Shown piece by piece: positions 16,816-40,569 of a stretch of 64,000 bases of DNA. The stretch's first letter is position 1. The number at the start of each line of letters is the position of its first letter. The translations under genes and the position numbers were made by a program. Below the pieces are notes generated by a model that searched no databases, was not told the DNA's origin, and saw nothing but the letters and a program-made list of their open reading frames with translations. The DNA is from the human T2T-CHM13v2.0 reference genome, Homo sapiens, in assembly GCF_009914755.1 (NCBI RefSeq), contig NC_060927.1; one strand, 5' to 3'.

Positions 16816-19127
16816 CATAAAATTAACTCTTGATGAGGTGAATTACAGTATGTATATTCTTTATATATAATGTCCCTGTCAATGACAGAACTTGGTAAAG
16901 TCTCTTCAATTTTGCAGTAGCATATACATATATATATATATAAATGCACACACAACGTGTGTGTGCTTGTGCATGCATGTTCTCCTACAGACATTAAAGG
17001 AGTGTAGTGATTTTAATAAATCTAGGTATGCTACTTAACCAATCAGATGTTGTTAGGTTTATTCAAAATTTGACATATGGTTTGGTCTGAAACGATGGCA
17101 TCTGGTAACCATTTCTTATCTTACATTGATTTTAATGAAATATGGTATATGGGAAGAGGTGACTGAGTTGTAATTTTAGTGAGTGGTATCTATAGTGTGA
17201 AGAATCAACGGTGTCAATAGTATGAAGAATCAGTTATGATTAAGCCAAACCAAATTTGTAAAATTTTGAACTGATTCATTTGGTATATTTTTAAGTTTTG
17301 GCCTCAAGAAGGAGTTCAGGCTTGGCTTTTTTGTGGATAAATAGTAGCAAAAATAGGACAAATGTGAGCATGTGGTGCATGTAGTGTTTGAAGGATTTGA
17401 TAGTAGCTTCTGTTGATCCTGGGGTGTTCTTTTTTTGTTCAGGAACTGATGCATATCCTGGGCAGTTGGAAGCCTTCTTTAAACTCAGCTGGGCTGCTCT
17501 GATGATCTCTCAAGAGTTAGGTAAATTACAAACAACCAAGAAGTACAACTTTAACATGCATATTGGAACAGCCCAGTAATTTTACATTTAATTAGCATCT
17601 AACCTAATTGGGTATTTAACCATTTAAACAGAAACATAAAAAATCATGGAAATAGAAAAGATCATTTTATTCCTGCTTCTCCCCCTTCTAGTGATGGCTC
17701 CTTCCTACCCTTAACAGCTTCACCCAGCACAGCTGAATTTAAAGCTGCTGACTCACAGGAAGGTGATTCTGCTTTTTTTTTTTTTTAACAGAAGGAAAGT
17801 TAAGTGGTAGATGATAAATGTGTTCATTGAGGATGGCATATTTTATGCAAATTGATAAATCCACTGATTCAAAGATTAGAAAGGCTCTTTCCTGGAAAGG
17901 AAGTGTCGATTATAAATGGTGAAGACTTGCATACTTGCATTCTAGCAAGTTCTTAGCTGCCAGCCAACACATTCATCACCAAGTGCCAGAATGGATTTTA
18001 AAATGTCACAACACAAATTGCTCTGCTCAAAATCAGGCACCATCATAGTCACACAAGCCAAACCAACCTGCTTGTTTAAAAGTGCCACATAAAGTTTTTT
18101 TTTCAACCTCAGTTAACCTTTTCCTTTCCTGGTATGCCTGGTTCATTGCAGTCTCCTAAAGTCATGAACCTTGACTGAGTAGAGAGAGGCCAGGCTTCTC
18201 CCTTTGACTTTGCCTGTACAGCAACTAACTGGTCCAGGTGCTTTTAAACTGATGGTAAGACTAAATGTTTAGCCCAGCTCTAACCAGACTGATAACTCTC
18301 ACCCCTACCTTTTCCCCTATACCTTCTGCTCTTATTTATTTCTTTTGTTTTTCTCAATCTTTTCCCTCCCAGAGCCAGCTGTTGACTTCTAGAAGCTACT
18401 GCATAGCTGATAAGCCCCTGACTATTCCTTCCCTAATTTTCTGCTTTAGAACTGTCAGTGAAGTGTCCAGCTCAAACCTGGGCTAGCCCTCCTGTTTGAT
18501 GCTTCTCTTAGCAGCCCCTACCTCAATACCATCAGATCTGTCTTCTTACCTCCCCTCATCTCCAAGTCCCTTAGCTGTAATTTCCACCCACTTCTATAAC
18601 CCAGACTGACACAGCCCAGCAAAATCCTCAGGTCTGTCTACCATTCTCCTATAGCCTAGCTCAGCCCAAAATTTCTTAGTCCCTTTAAATCACATTCTAC
18701 CTTGCTCCTCCCAACATTGCCCACTCTGGAATCCAGTATCCATTACTTTTCCTAGTCCAACTAAGCAGGCTTCATCCCCAGTCTAATTGGTTGGGGGGAC
18801 TGCCACACCTTCAGCTTCAGTGTATCTTCCCTCTTGGGAAGCTTCTGCTTTTCAACCCAAAATAAGGGTTCTCTTGTACCCAGGTAGCCCTCTTTTAAGC
18901 TGATTTTGGCTAGCATGCCAAGGAGCTTATCATTCACCCTAGTGTGCCCAGATTTTTTTCTAGCCTGAAATAAGTGAGCTGTCATCCAGTTCTGGCACTT
19001 TTGTGCTTCCGTTAGTACTGCAGGGAGTCATCCTCAAAGAGCATTATCACCACTGACCTGTCACCAGAAAGGCACAGTGATGATGATAAATTTGGACTGA
19101 TTCATCCATATTCTTCCCCTGGTTGTT

Positions 19128-19785
<658 letters not shown>

Positions 19786-20104
19786 CCCTCCCCTGGTTCT
19801 TCTAAGCAAGAGGATGTATTTGCAAGATGGTTGGCAGGGTCAGGAGTGCAGTCAGTGGCTATGGAAATAAAAGTTAGTTGTTGCTATGGTAAAACAGAGC
19901 TGCACCCTATCTAAAGGATGGACACAACACCAAAACTAGATTCCGGAATGTAACAAACTTATCATTCCTCAGACTCTCAAAGTAAATTTTTTTCTCAAGA
20001 ATAACAAGCTCATGGATAGAATGAAGGATTTCATATCCTACTAATTTTTGAGTCAGATATCAGTTCCCTACTGGCCAATAATGTGAATATAAATATCAGA
20101 GTCC

Positions 20105-20425
<321 letters not shown>

Positions 20426-21691
20426 TATCAGAGTCCATTCCCAAGGATCCCCAAAATAACATTTTTAGCATAAATACCTAAGAGTCACCATCAGACAGCC
20501 ATGTCCACAAATCGTGTGGAAAAACCCCAGTTTATATTCAATTGAAAGTCTAAAATTATATCCTTTTTACTCTGAAAAATCTAAAATGTGGAAGAGAATC
20601 ACTTCTGACTAGTATAAACAAAAAGTAATAAGCAATCATTTTAATACAGGATTTAATAAGTTGTCTTAATATTTCTGATAAATATTCAGATGATTACTTT
20701 GAAGTATTTTGAAATAAAGATACTTTCCATATTTCATAAAGCTACTTTTAATATATTAACATTTATTGCTCTTGAGTTCAAAGTATATCTTATTCTAGCC
20801 ACCAAAACATTTAGAAAATAGAAAAAAAGGTAAAAACTAATTTTTTTATCTCTTATATTTCAGACACTTAATACCCTTACCCCATTCACTGAATCCAATT
20901 TCATTGCTATTTCCTTGTTTTGTCCTTTTGAGTGGTTCGGGATCTGCTTCAAATGACAAAGAGATGTGAGTAATAGGGTTCAACGTCTTTCTTATTTTCA
21001 GATTTAAAGCTCTTCAATGATGTAGCTCAAAATGAAAGTTCTTTCAATCCAACAACTTTGCAGAGATGCTGATCCCTCTCCCAGGTGAATCCTGGCCAGG
21101 CCTTTCTGACAATCCTGGGATACCCTGGGGCCAGTATAGAGTTCAAGGGCAGACCAGACTGGGGGAGGGGTTCCTGAGGGACCTGGAACCAGCATCACCA
21201 GCACAGTCAGAATTGCAACCTAGTGGCAAAGAAAACTGTGAGAACAATCTCAAAGGTGGGGCCAGGACAGAAATGGTAGAATAAATAGCAGAGCTTGTGA
21301 TGGTTATTATAGGATGGGACAAAACTCAAGGAGCAGTTGTAGAATGCAGTTCAGGACCAAGTCATTATTTTTGTTTAATCAACTTTTATTAAATGTGCTC
21401 TGGGTGCCAGGAACGCAAATATGAATGAGAGCTCTCTTGCCATTATGGAATTCACAAAGGAGACTGTGACTTGGCATGTTCCCTTTAGATGGTGCCTGGA
21501 TTTGTTGGAGGAGTGGACATGGCAGCTTAAATGAGCCCTCTTGGGCTGTGCACAACCCAGAAATTTCGAGGTGTGCCAGTGTGTCTGTCTAGTATCATTG
21601 TGGGAGGATGTAGAGTCATTCTATGATTGTTTCTGACATCTCTGTAGCTCTGAGTCTTCTTAGAAGGAGCACTTTAAAAATCAGAGTTCTG

Positions 21692-23480
<1,789 letters not shown>

Positions 23481-24254
23481 AAGACAAAACATTCCTTCAT
23501 GTACATTCAATGGAAAAACTTCAAAATTGTTATCTGTTTATTTTCACATATGTGGCATTTCCTGTGATTGTTATGAACCTAATCCTGTATAAGGGTAGTT
23601 TGTCATCCCATTTGCCTTTCAGCTTTCAGAGAGCTGAAGTTAATGTGTTCAAAGCCCTTGTTGGTTCCATATTAACTAGCCATTAAAAGTGATATTATGT
23701 AATTTTTAATGACATGGAAATGTTTACAATGTATTGTAAAATGGGGAAGTTATAAAATAGGATATAATGTTTGATATCATTTTTGTAAGAAAAATCTTTC
23801 TGGAAGGGTCTGTAGTTGTCTCTGAATGGTAGGATTATGAGTGATTTTTATTTTCTTTGTTTTCCCACATTTCTAAATGTTCTATAATGAACATATATTG
23901 CTTTTGTAATAGGAATAAACAAAATGTTATTTATTTAGAGATCTGATGGTGGTAAATAAGCTCTTGGGTGAGAAGTTTATTCTGAGCAAGCTCAGATATG
24001 GAACCACTGGGAATTTCCTGATGTGGAATCACTGTGGATTTGCTGGTGATGGGACTTACTTGACTGGGCCAAAATGTGAGGCATGCACTGGGAAACTAGC
24101 AGGAAACTAGCACTTGAAACTCAGCCTGAAGATGCTGAAAGACATGTATTTCCAGCACCCTTTAGAATTGATTGAGAATAGTTTAATTCTCTAGTGGTTT
24201 AAAGCAGATACAAATTACTTAAGGAACAGCTGCAGTTATGCCCTAAAAATTTAA

Positions 24255-24546
<292 letters not shown>

Positions 24547-24564
24547 GTAAAAAAAAAAAAAAAA

Positions 24565-24880
24565 ATTATGGTTACTTTTATGTGTCCACTTGGCTGGTCA
24601 AACATTATTCTGGATGTTTCTGTGAGAGTGTTTTTGGATGAGATTTACATTTGAAAGGGCGGACTTTGGAGAAAGCAAATTGCCTTCCATAATGTGGGTG
24701 GGCATCGTCCAATCAGTTGAAAGCCTGAATAGCACAAAAGACTGACCTCCTCCAAGCAAGAGGGAATTCTTTAGCCAACAGACTTTGGACTTAAACCGCA
24801 ATATTGGCACTTCTCTGGACTAGCCTGCTACCCACTCTGCAAATTTTGGACATGCCGACGTGCCAGCCTCCATAATTCTG
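24565..24880 (+). mobile_element. MLT2-family (ERVL) LTR fragment
   Basis: tcaaacattattctggatgtttctgtgagagtgtttttggatgagatt; cataatgtgggtgggcatcgtccaatcagttgaa. Confidence 0.7.
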
Positions 24881-25540
24881 TATTACTTTTCTCAGCCATA
24901 GGAATGAGGTGGTCTCAGGCCTCATATTCTGGGATCTAGCTTGGGAAATAGTTCCTCTTTTGGATAAAAATAGTCATTTTAAGCTCTCCACACTGGATGT
25001 GCCCATTGTTCAAGCAGACACCAAACTGTGCATACTTTTAATTCATTTGTATCCACTATTTTTGGTGGAAACATTTGTAGCTAAGCAGGCTAGACTTCTG
25101 GTTCTATTTCATATTCCCTCTACTTAGCTGAGTTGCTCTGCACTGCTGAAGTAGACACCTCTGCCTTAGTGGGCACTTACCCCATGTGAATCCTTGTCAG
25201 AGGAACTGGAGCCATGATACTGGTTTAGAGCACTCGTCTCTGAGGAAGGAGGAAAAGTTGAGTTGGCACTTTGATCAGAATGACTTAGAGCAGATTGTAG
25301 AAAGTTACAGTGGCTAAACTACATAGTGGTCTTGCATTGGGAGAGATATCAAAACACTATAAGTATGAAATCATTAAAAAGACAAACCGATTGTGAAGAC
25401 GGTTATGTCAAAAGATCCCCAAGATTATCATCCAAAACACTTTCTCTTAAGACAGACAATAATTATTACTCTAGTTGGTGGCCAAGCCAGAACTCAAAAT
25501 TTCTGAGTCTTAAATTTCTTATCTCTAAAATAAAATTTCC

Positions 25541-30331
<4,791 letters not shown>

Positions 30332-31049
30332 TTAGCCAGGGTATTGAGAGCCTGGCAGAGGAGTTGAAATTTGATAAGGTAGAGATAGGAAATCACTGTA
30401 GGTTCTTGAATGGGGAAAGCTTGAGAAGTTTTTGTTTTTGTTTTGAGTCTTTTAAAGGAAGAGCAATGTGACAGTGGGATAATATAAATTTTAGAGAGGG
30501 ACTGGGATTCAAGGGAGGCTAGTTAGGATGCTGTTGCAATATTCTAGATGGGAATTCACAATAACCCAAACCACAATTATAAAAGTTACATAGAATTGGA
30601 GGAGAAAGGGAAAAACAGGAATATTTCAAAGACAAAAACAGTAAGATTAGTGACCAAATGCAAGTAAGATGGCAGAAAAGATAATTCACAGTATTCCCTG
30701 ATTTCTAGCTTGGGGAACTGGAAAAATTGTGGTATCACAGACATAAATGAGGACATTAGGGAAAAAAATCTATTTGGGAGAACAAGACTATTCAGTTTGG
30801 GATTGTTGAAGCTATGATTTGACATGTCCTGGCAAAAGTTGGAAATAAAGAACAGTCAGATTAGCCTGATAGTGGTGTGCAGGAAGGACTGCAAATGGGA
30901 CATCCAGGCTAGGAAATAGAAGGGTTTGGAGGCACAGGTGATATTTTTTTCATGACTTCTTCCAGCTGAAGGTGGTGCCTTTTAGAAAAGAAAGGAGTAA
31001 ACAGGAATAGAACAGTTAGCTCCCCAGATGGTGTCGAAGAACAAAATGA

Positions 31050-32055
<1,006 letters not shown>

Positions 32056-33071
32056 ACACTGTCATTTTTAATAGATAGCATAGTATTCCATTGTATGAAC
32101 ATTCATTGTAGTAAGCTACAATGAACTCTCCTGTATGTACATTTTCCCCACATTTTTTGGTATATTCTTTTTCTTAAGTAACAGATAAACATTTTAATTC
32201 TATTTTTGGATAATATCACAATTCAAAAATAAAAATGTAAAAAAATAAATAACAAAAAGGTTTTCTTCCATTCTTGTTCCTCCTGTCACCTGAACCACCA
32301 TTAGTTTTCTTGGCATCTTTATATAATTTCTTTGTTATGTAAACAAATATAAATACGTATTCTTATTCCCCCCCTTTTTTATTCAGAATGTAAAAAGCAT
32401 CTTGTGATCATCTCTTTAGCATAAAATCTTAAAAGTGGTATTGCTGAGTAGAGGATAGTTAAAATCTTAATACATATGGTCCAACTGTTCACGAGAGAGG
32501 TTGTACAATTTAACCTTTCTACCAACAATGCATGAGTGTTACTAAATTCATGTTATTTATGTTCTAATTTCAGTGTATTTTTATATCTCAAAACTTATGG
32601 GGAGTCCAGAATAAATGTTTAAAAATCACTATAATTTATAAGGTGAATTCTGGTATTATACAGAATTGATTATACAAAATACTTTGGACTTAACTAATAA
32701 TTTATAACAGGCAAATGGACCCAATGAGAAGGAAAGGTTTGACCTAAGTTATTATTTATCTTTCTGTGTTTTGCTTGTTGGATAGGTGGAGAAACAGGTA
32801 GGAATGAAAAGATGGAAAAATCCGTTTGTGGTATAAAGATAGAAGATAGAGCTGAATTAAACAAGTAAGCAAAGAGAAATGGAGACAGACTTCAGATGAG
32901 AGTGAAAAAAGGGTAAACAATTCCAGTAGGTACCATACATCTGATAAGGCATATTGCCAGATCATCTCTAATTTCTTTTTTTTCTGGACTACTGTTACAG
33001 CCTCTACTTTCTATCATTGAATTGATGCATATGATTATAATAGAAATTAAATTTTCAATGAAATGAATGTC

Positions 33072-33098
33072 TTTTTGTCAATTTTTTTCTTTAAATAG
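33072..33098 (+). promoter_or_regulatory. SLC35G2: 3' splice acceptor of the SLC35G2 coding exon (exon starts 33099, 18 nt before ATG)
   Basis: tttttgtcaatttttttctttaaatAG|AATTAATT: polypyrimidine tract plus AG at 33097-33098. Confidence 0.8.
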
Positions 33099-33104
33099 AA
33101 TTAA

Positions 33105-34355
<1,251 letters not shown>

Positions 34356-34525
34356 ATACCTGATTATTATTGTCTCATTAATGTTCAGTTATTAATATGT
34401 ATACTGCCATTTTAATGTTTACCTATGAATGTCTTTTGTGTTATATAACTGACAGAGTGCTATAAAATATATAATATATACAAATGCAGAAAATTTATTC
34501 TAGTCTAATATATTCAAATACAAAT

Positions 34526-34590
34526 ATTAAATATATGAAATACGTTATGAATCTGGTATCTTTATTGGTATTTATGGGTGTCTTTCCAGG
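34526..34590 (+). terminator. SLC35G2: SLC35G2 polyadenylation signal ATTAAA with downstream GU/U-rich element
   Basis: ATTAAA at 34526-34531, about 170 nt after the stop, followed by tctggtatctttattggtatttatgggtgtcttt. Confidence 0.65.
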
Positions 34591-35319
34591 TAAATTGTAG
34601 TAGAAGGAGAATGTTAACTGCTATTACTAAATAATAGAAGACTCAAAGAAATGACCCCTTTCAGATGGAACTGAAGTTCAAAAATTAGAAATGTTCTACA
34701 AATGTTCAACAAAACTCCTTCATTTGTGAAAAATACACTATAAGGTGAAATGTTGAACACCAAACCCTGTTTTGTCATCTACTTGCATTAGAAAACTAGA
34801 AGTCATAGGGCTGGGTAAAGGAGCCTGGGTTGAGGCAAGAAAAGAGGAAAGAAGGGAAAATAAGTGGTTTTTTAATGACAATGGGTGGCTGTCCAAAGTT
34901 AGAACAGGAAATTGGTTTTCTCCTTATTATGAGCACATTAGGCGATACATAGGAAATAGAAATAGGGAGAAGTGTGGATTCTTGCCAGTCCTACCTAGCC
35001 CATGCCATTTTGTCCCTGATGTTTGGAGACCTAACGTTGGGGTAGGGTCTGCTTATCCTCAGTTATGTAGATCTCTTCCAAGGCTGCCCTTGTTTATGAT
35101 TTTGTGGCTAGTGTATGTGTGAGCTGCAGTAAAAGTACTCCTTACTCCTGAAAAAGGCACCAACAGTAATCATAATGTAGCAGAAAATTGACATGGTATC
35201 CTGAGATTCTTTTCAAAAAGGTCTAAAAGTCTGTAAAAGCACATATGATGGCATTAAGTCTAATTTTGGCCATTCTTACCAATTTAGCACAAATAAATGA
35301 TATGGTACTGTTTATTAAA

Positions 35320-35885
35320 CTATTGTCTCAGGTCCACATTCCCCCTTCTATACATTTCTCTGTAATGCTGTGGCTCAAACCCTGCAAACTACATTTTTTT
35401 CTATGTCAGCTGGTGTCTCACTAGGTTCCATCAATAAAGGGCATTAGAGGGAGACTGGAAGGCAGAAGGGAAGAAGGGACTTCCTCCTTTCCATTTGTTT
35501 GCAGTTTCTGTCACTGTTATCCCAGCAACAAGCAAGAGCCCTTTGCTCCAGCAGCAGCAATTGATTTCAGCCTTGAGCTTCTTTTGACATCCTCCCCATC
35601 CACAACTAGCCTCATCATATCCTTCCCTGAAGTAGTAGGATCAGCCAGACAGCATCCTCTCAGGGGTCTGAGCAATACTCAGCCAGGCCATTTGTCTGAG
35701 TTTCTGAGACCTGATAATCCACCTTGAGTCCCCATTTTCACTAGATCTATCATTGACAGCTGCTCCCTGCAGTTATCACCTCTGGGTAACCTCAGTGTTC
35801 CGTTTTTGCTTTTTCAGTCAATGAAAACTCAATACTAAATCCTCTCTGTAGTAATATCATCTAATTTCTGATTTCCTGACTAACA
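35320..35885 (+). mobile_element. LTR33/LTR16-like ERVL LTR
   Basis: ccctgcaaactacatttt, ggttccatcaataaagggcattagagggagactggaaggcag. Confidence 0.5.
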
Positions 35886-35989
35886 TATCTCTAAACCTTC
35901 CCCAAAGGAAACTACAGCCATCAGCAGGGTACTGTGCTTTGGGAAAATGTCAACATTTAGATTTTTTCAGGGATTACTAGACAGTGGCT

Positions 35990-36525
35990 CTCAATAGAAA
36001 TTATACAAACTGAAAAAAGAATGAACAGAGCCTGAATGACCTGTACTAAGTACTGAGAGGTCTAGCATGAGTGTAATTGTAGTCCCAGAAGAAGAGGAGA
36101 AACAGAATGGGACAGAAAAAAAAATTTGAAGAAATACTGGACAAAAGTCTTCCAAATTTGATAAAAAAAAAAAAAGAAAAGAAAAGAAAATGAGAAACCA
36201 GCAATCCACAGACCCAGGGAATGAAATGAACCCCAAGCAGGATAAATACAAAACCAAAACCAAAACAAACATCACAGTGTAATGAAACATCACAGTGTAA
36301 CTTTTGATAAATATAATGAAAATCTTATAAGCATTCATAGAAAAAGACACCTAGAAACATCAGTGTTAACTTTTGATAAATATAAACAAAATCTTAAAAG
36401 CATTCATAGAAAAAGGCATAAGACATACAAGAAAACAATGATAAGAATTACAACTAGTTTCTCACAGATATAATGGAGGCTGGAAAACGAGAATGACATC
36501 TTTAAAGTGCTGAAAACAAAAACAA
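35990..36525 (+). mobile_element. Ancient L1M ORF1-region fragment
   Basis: gtaattgtagtcccagaagaagaggagaaacagaatggg; gaatgacatctttaaagtgctgaaa. Confidence 0.6.
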
Positions 36526-36944
36526 AAACCCCTTTGAATGGCTTCTCATTGCCTATAGGATAAACTCTAAGGTGCCTGACTTCCATAACCTGGTTATTGA
36601 TTATATTTCTAGCTATCTTCTGCTCTAGCAATATTCTACTATCGTTTAATACCTTTTTATTATGCAGGCTCCTCTATGTGGACAGATTTTTTCTAGTTAA
36701 TTGCCTGACTAACCTGGCCACACAACTCCTTTCCCCTGTGGCTTAATGTCCTCCTTGCACTGGACTGTCTATAACAATTTCTAACTATAAGCTATCAGGT
36801 TTCTGGGAAAGGTCTTGACATGGAGGCTCATTTTTCCCTTTCTTGTGTTCCCAAATTCTTTTATTTTGGATTAATAAAGTAAGCTACCTGCGTGTTTTTA
36901 ATCATAGACAGATTAGCTGCCCATATCCAAAGCTCCACGTGTAG

Positions 36945-37908
<964 letters not shown>

Positions 37909-38173
37909 TTAATTTTCCCCACTTAAGGTGGTGGTAAGCTACATGAAGGCAAGAACTGTATTTCTGTATTTTACCTGTTGTATTTATATTCACACCTTCT
38001 GCCTCCATCGTATGTTAAATATGTAATTAGAATTAAAATTGAGTCACGCTGTGCTAACAGTTTGATGGGTGATTTTGCAGCAACAGTTTTAACTCTGGAC
38101 AACAGTTTCTTCAAAAATGAATATAATATCTCAGTCTGTAAACTTTATAAAATGTATCAACAAATAAAACCAT

Positions 38174-38895
38174 TGTATTAGCTTGGGCTGCCATAATAAA
38201 ATACTAGATTGGGTGGCTTACACAACAGAAGTTTATTTTTTCAAAGTTATGTAGGTTGGGAGGTCCAAAAGAGGGTGCCAGCATGGTCAGTTTTGGGTGA
38301 GGGCTCTCTCTCTGGCTTGCAGATGTCTGTCTGCTTGCTGTGTTCTCAAATGGAGAGAGCTCTCTGGTGCCACTTTCTATAAAGACATTAATCTTATGGG
38401 ATTAGGGCCCCACCCTTATGACCTAATTTAATTTTTATTACCTCCCTAAAGGCCTAGCTCCAACTAGAGATGGTCCCTGACTTAAGATTTTTTTGACTTT
38501 ATGATGGTCCAAAAGCCATATGCACTCTAGAATCTGTACTTTGAGTACCCATAAAACCATCCAGTTTTTCATTCAGTATTTAGTAGATTACATGAAATAC
38601 TCAATACTTTATTAAAAAATAAGCTTTGTATTAGATGATTTTGCCTAACTGAAAGCTAATGTAAGTATTCTGAGCATGTTTTAGGTAGGCTACGCTAAGC
38701 TATGATGTTTGGTAGGTTAGAAGCATTAAATGCATTTCTGACTTAAGATCTTTTCAACTTAAGGTATTTTCAGTTTATGGTGGGTTTATTGGAACATAAC
38801 CCCTTTGTAAGTTAAGGAACATTTATATAGTCACATTAGGAGTGAGGGCTTCAGTATGAATTTTTGGGGGGGATGCAATTCAGTCCATACCAGTC
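38174..38895 (-). mobile_element. MLT1A-like MaLR LTR split by a DNA transposon
   Basis: tgtattagcttgggctgccataataaaatac...gattagggccccacccttatgacc...agtcacatt...caattcagtccata. Confidence 0.7.
38467..38826. mobile_element. MER47-like Tigger MITE
   Basis: Degenerate TIRs gagatggtccctgacttaag...gtaagttaaggaacattta in TA context; gctaagctatgatgtttggtaggttag core. Confidence 0.65.
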
Positions 38896-39097
38896 ATGAT
38901 AAAATATGCAGTTATTTAAACCCTTAGAATAAACTCAAAATTCACCGCCATTATTCACTTTGGATGCTAATAACAGAATGTAGACATAGAGTAGCTGTTG
39001 ACCAGTTTCATGGTCTACTTGTCCCAGTCAACCTGAGGATAGTACAGCATAAATAGGTAAATTTGTGCTTGACCTTGTGATCCTACATATGGCAGGC

Positions 39098-39511
39098 TGT
39101 CTTAGTCCCTTTAGTGTTGCTAGAAAGGAATACCCAAAGCTGGATAATTTAGAAATAGAAAAGGTTTTTCGGCTTATGGTTCTGATGTCTGGAAAAGTTC
39201 AAGACTGAGCATCTGCATCTGATGGTAGCCTAAGACTGCTTCTACTCATGCCAGAAGGCAAAGGAGAGCTGGTGTGTGCAGAGATTACATGGCCAGAGAG
39301 GACGCAAAAGAAGAAAGGAAGTGCGACGTTCTTTTTAACCAGCTCTGGTGGAAATAAAGAGAACTCATTTACCCTCTCCCCAGGGAGGACATTAATCTAT
39401 TCCTGAAGGAACCACCTCCATGACCCAACACTGCCCATTAGTCCCCACCTCCAACATTGGGGATCAAATTTCAACAGGAGGTTTAGGGGAACAAACATCT
39501 AAATTACAGCA
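39098..39511 (-). mobile_element. MST-family (MSTB-like) solo LTR
   Basis: TG...CA ends with 5-bp TSD CAGGC at 39093-39097 and 39512-39516. Confidence 0.8.
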
Positions 39512-39861
39512 CAGGCCAACCACATGCATGCATTACCAATCACGTAAATAATTTTGAAGTTAAATGCAGAAAACTGCAAACTTTTGAGGCTGATATCCAG
39601 GGCCAGGATTAAAATAAAAAGTATTAATGCCTTAAACAGTATTTACTGACCATCTACCCTACTGCAAGGCCCTAGGGAGAAACTGAACAGACATGGTTAC
39701 TGATTCAACGGAGTTTACAATCTAGGTAGACATACAGGCAAACCATTTCAATAGCTCGGATGGAGAAAACACCTGTGCTCCAAGGAAGGTACCTAACTGA
39801 GCAAGCTTCCCTGAGGAGCGATCCTAAACTGTGCCACAAAGATGGTTAAGAAGAGATGAGG

Positions 39862-40157
39862 CGGCTGGGCGTGGTGGCTCACGCCTGTAATCCCAGCACT
39901 TTGGGAGGCCGAGGCTGGCGAATCACGAGGTCAAGAGATCGAGACCATCCTGGTGAAACCCCGTCACTGCTAAAAATACAAAAACATTAGCTGGGCGTGG
40001 TGGTACATGCCTGTAATCCCAGCTACTCGGGAGGCTGAGGCAGGAGAATAGCTTGAACCCGGAGGCGGAGGTTGCAGTGAGCCGAGATCGTGCCACTGCA
40101 CTCCACCCTGGCGACAGAGCGAAACTCGTTTCAAAAAAAAAAAAAAAAAAAAAAAAA
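39862..40157 (+). mobile_element. AluSc-like upstream of the CpG island
   Basis: gaggtcaagagatcgagaccatcc; small internal deletion; A-tail. Confidence 0.82.
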
Positions 40158-40569
40158 GAGGCAGGTTACGGCGCGGGGGCGGGGAAGGGGGCCTGCAGCA
40201 CCGGCGAGGGGAAGAACCAACTTACTGATGCCTCAGCCAGTGGCTGGAGCCCTAAGAATGGACAGACCTGGCTCCGAAGGTCCTCTTCATAACACTACTG
40301 CCGCCAAGAATGTAAGCTGCCCAAGCACGAGGACCCTTTTAGAGGGCCCTCAGACTCAGCTTCTTTTGGTCTGTGCCTCAAATTAAGCACATGTCTTACA
40401 TTTCTCCCAGGTCCCAATTTTCAGGTCTGCTTTTCTTTGTTTTTCTTTGTCGCTCCCCGCTCCTAAGAACCTTCGGCTGGGATGACATTCTTCAGGTGCA
40501 GAAACCAGGGGGAAGCTCCCAGAGCAGTGGGGGCTGAACTCAGGACACAGTCATTTTTGCTGTTAAGTC

